Positions 61,750 to 64,000 of a DNA stretch of 64,000 nt are shown piece after piece (position 1 is the stretch's first letter; each line of letters starts with the position of its first letter). A program made the position numbers and the translations under genes. The stretch is from the NCBI GenBank assembly GCA_964234715.1, contig OZ174278.1; one strand, 5' to 3'. Source of the stretch: Podarcis melisellensis. Its lineage: Eukaryota. Below the pieces are notes generated by a model that saw only the letters and a program-made list of their open reading frames with translations, had not been told where the DNA came from and ran no database searches.

Positions 61750-64000
61750 GAGTTCTTAACTAAAGTGTGGAGGGTTACCACACAAATGTGATATGCTGCA
61801 CCCACACCACAATTTCAAGCAGGCATGACCGTCTGTTCTCCTCCCTGATGACCAAAAGAGCACTTCACTCCAACTGTCTTTTTTCAGATAACAGTCAAGT
61901 GGAGCAAACAGTAAAGGATGTCCAATAAGTGTAGCTCTAGAAACTTCATCATAGCTGCTTAAGAACCTTCTCATCTAGCTGAGATGAACTTATCTATATT
62001 ATAGTGTGGTACAAAGGTAGTAGCATCAGCCCAGGTAGCTAACCAGCAGGGTCCACAGGGTCGCCACATCCTTCTGCCAAGATACAAGGGCTTCAGCCAC
62101 CACTGAAGAGACAATGATGTAACATGAGAAATGTTGATCTGCATGTGGGTGCTGCAGACAATCTGCTACAGGTGCTGAAGGAGCCACTGCAAAGGCCTGT
62201 CAAGGAATCATGTTCAAGATACCATGCTGATGGCTCCTATAATGTAAACTTGTAGTTGGACAAGACTCAAGTCTGTTGGAGATTTCACTGAAAGTGCTCG
62301 CTGACTTCCAAAGGAGATTGCTCATCTCTTCCTGTAACAGAAGATTCTCTTTTAGAACATATCCAGGATGATGCATAAACTCTGTCTTCTCTGTGTCAGG
62401 TAGAGAAAACTATCACAAAGCCATGGTTCTCTAAGCAGGTAGGGGGATGCTCACATTCACTTCTGCCTTTGAGCAGGGATATGACTAAAAGGCCATCCAA
62501 AGGAATGGGGGGGTTGATGAATTCCTTGGGTTCAGAGATGTGTATTGTGATTTTGATTAATACTCATAGAAACTACAAGAGCCTAAATCAGTATTGAAAC
62601 CATCTCTCCTCAGACCTCAGGAAGCTTCTGTGGCACAGGTAAATCAAGACTTGGAGATAAGCTTCCATGAGCAAAACCAAGGCCACAAAAGTCCCTTGGT
62701 CTCCATGGCTGGTTTTTGTGTCTCCATTCTAAAAATACCAGGAATGGAAAGTATCTGTTTTGGGAGACAGACTTGAAGTTGAGGCTGCAACTATGATATA
62801 CAGTGTCCAGAACTCATCTGTCTGAGGTAATCTAGCCCCAGTTGTGGCAGCATGACAGGTATTGGCTGGAGGACAAGAGGCCTCATAATGGTCAATCAGG
62901 CTGGTGAGGAATTGCAGAAGGTGGGACCCTTGGAACAAAATGACTGTGATACCCACTTGTTATTTGCATCCTTCTGATGTGCTATTTTGACCAGAATTGG
63001 AACTTTACCCATTGAAAAGGAGTAGAGCGCTCAGTCTTGGATCCCTGTGCTTTAGCCATAGGTTTCTGTAGATCAACCCTAACTCCACAGATACCATTAC
63101 TCTGGCAGCATTCTACCATGAATTATACTGCCCAGTCCAGTTTTCTGCTTCTCTTAGAGAGATTCTCAAAACCTGAATGCACCTCTGGTAAAGGGGCACG
63201 AGTTCACAGAAGAGAGGCCAGAACCGTGACAATGTTTGGAGTGTTGACTATTAAAAAAGAAAGAGGCCTCTTGACAACACTGAAAAGGATTTTTTGAGAG
63301 AATCCATGAGTTTATTAGCTAACACGTACAGTGACTCTTGGTCTCCCTGGGTCTTTCCAGGGGGGGAGAATATCAGTGAGAAACTGTGGGTATGGCACAA
63401 TGAAATAAGGAGGTCTGTTACATAGGAAGATCCTTGAGGTTCCCCCCACCCCAGTTGGTGGAGCCTTGTGATGTGGCTGCCACCAAGATAGGGGGTCCAG
63501 TTCCAAGGTCTTCATGGTCTCATTAAGTCCTTGGGGCAAAATAACGTATGCTGAGAGAGGGCAAGGATAATCCTTCCTGAAAGTTCTCATTCTTCTCTGT
63601 TAGACTCTGATCATCTTCACCTCATAGACTGAATCAGGCCCAAAGTTGTCCTCTCTCCAGTCAGGAGTATTGCCAGTTTTGCTCTGGGCTGCCACAGTGA
63701 GTTGGCAATCTAGGAAAATCCATAGTGAGTAGGGACTGTCAGGTTTGGTGTGTCTGTGTTTAAGGTGGAGGTGGTGGGAAATGGCATGGCAGCACCTCTG
63801 CCTCCTTTCCCTGCATCAGGAATGAGCCCAGAAAGAAGGGGCTGGAGGATGGCTGGATGAAACAGAGGTGTCCCTCTCTACTCCTCCTATGAAAGCTATG
63901 AGTTAATCTTTTGGAAGAGAGCCTGCCTTCTTCTTCATCAGCTACGGAGTTCATGATGTGGGAAACACCCTTCAATGGAGAGTGGATGAGAAAAGCATGT
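61750..64000 (-). mobile_element. Decayed DIRS1-like tyrosine-recombinase retrotransposon (gag, RT and YR remnants)
   Basis: Minus-strand frame-broken motifs in the expected order: gag AARVM...RNLWLK (~63050-63110); pol ITSDR*VLDTV (~62800-62831), FRMET (~62719-62733), EAYLQVLIYLCHRSFLR, LENHGFVI, RPLQWLL (~62177-62198), SLQWW (~62097-62111); YR C-terminus ATWADATTFVPHYNID (~61990-62039). Confidence 0.85.

Noticed and set aside
62060-62190. Plus-strand tyrosine-recombinase-like peptide (DTRASATT)
   Set aside because: The minus strand gives much better DIRS pol motifs (RPLQWLL, SLQWW) over the same bases.
1-64000. Most of the six-frame ORFs as genes
   Set aside because: Short, no recognisable domains, often with non-ATG starts or microsatellite-derived (poly-G, RE and EGRK repeats). 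Only the CADM2 exon overlaps and LINE/DIRS remnants are meaningful.
1-64000. Prokaryotic-type systems (CRISPR arrays, operons, defence islands)
   Set aside because: Vertebrate intronic DNA; no regularly spaced repeat-spacer array or gene-dense block.

Overview
This is eukaryotic (vertebrate) DNA: AT-rich, mostly intronic and repeat-laden. The SINE content (Sauria/POM-type and Squam3-type) points to a squamate, most likely a lacertid lizard (inference). The only real gene is the 3' part of CADM2 (SynCAM2/Necl-3) on the + strand. It comprises a 117-nt Thr-rich mucin-like cassette exon (10326-10442), a 36-kb intron, the transmembrane exon (46900-47025), the last coding exon ending in the PDZ-binding motif EYFI* (49983-50101), and a probably ~9-kb 3'UTR interrupted by a 132-N gap. 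Apart from two ORFs overlapping these exons and a few LINE/DIRS remnants, the ORF track is noise. The rest is transposon-derived: Sauria and Squam3 SINEs, a tRNA-Lys/CR1-tail SINE, CR1 and L2 remnants, pogo/Tigger-like and hAT MITEs, a solo LTR, and a heavily decayed DIRS tyrosine-recombinase retrotransposon at the right end. I found no convincing new multi-gene system. The best leads are regulatory: a CpG-rich intronic motif cluster at ~41.2-41.5 kb (FOX:ETS, NFI, CArG), an Rbfox-type splicing code upstream of the cassette exon, a ~110-nt hairpin that sequesters an AATAAA inside an LTR-like repeat, and 3'UTR elements (tandem polyA sites, G4, extended miR-10b match). Family names are from recalled consensus sequences and need a database check.
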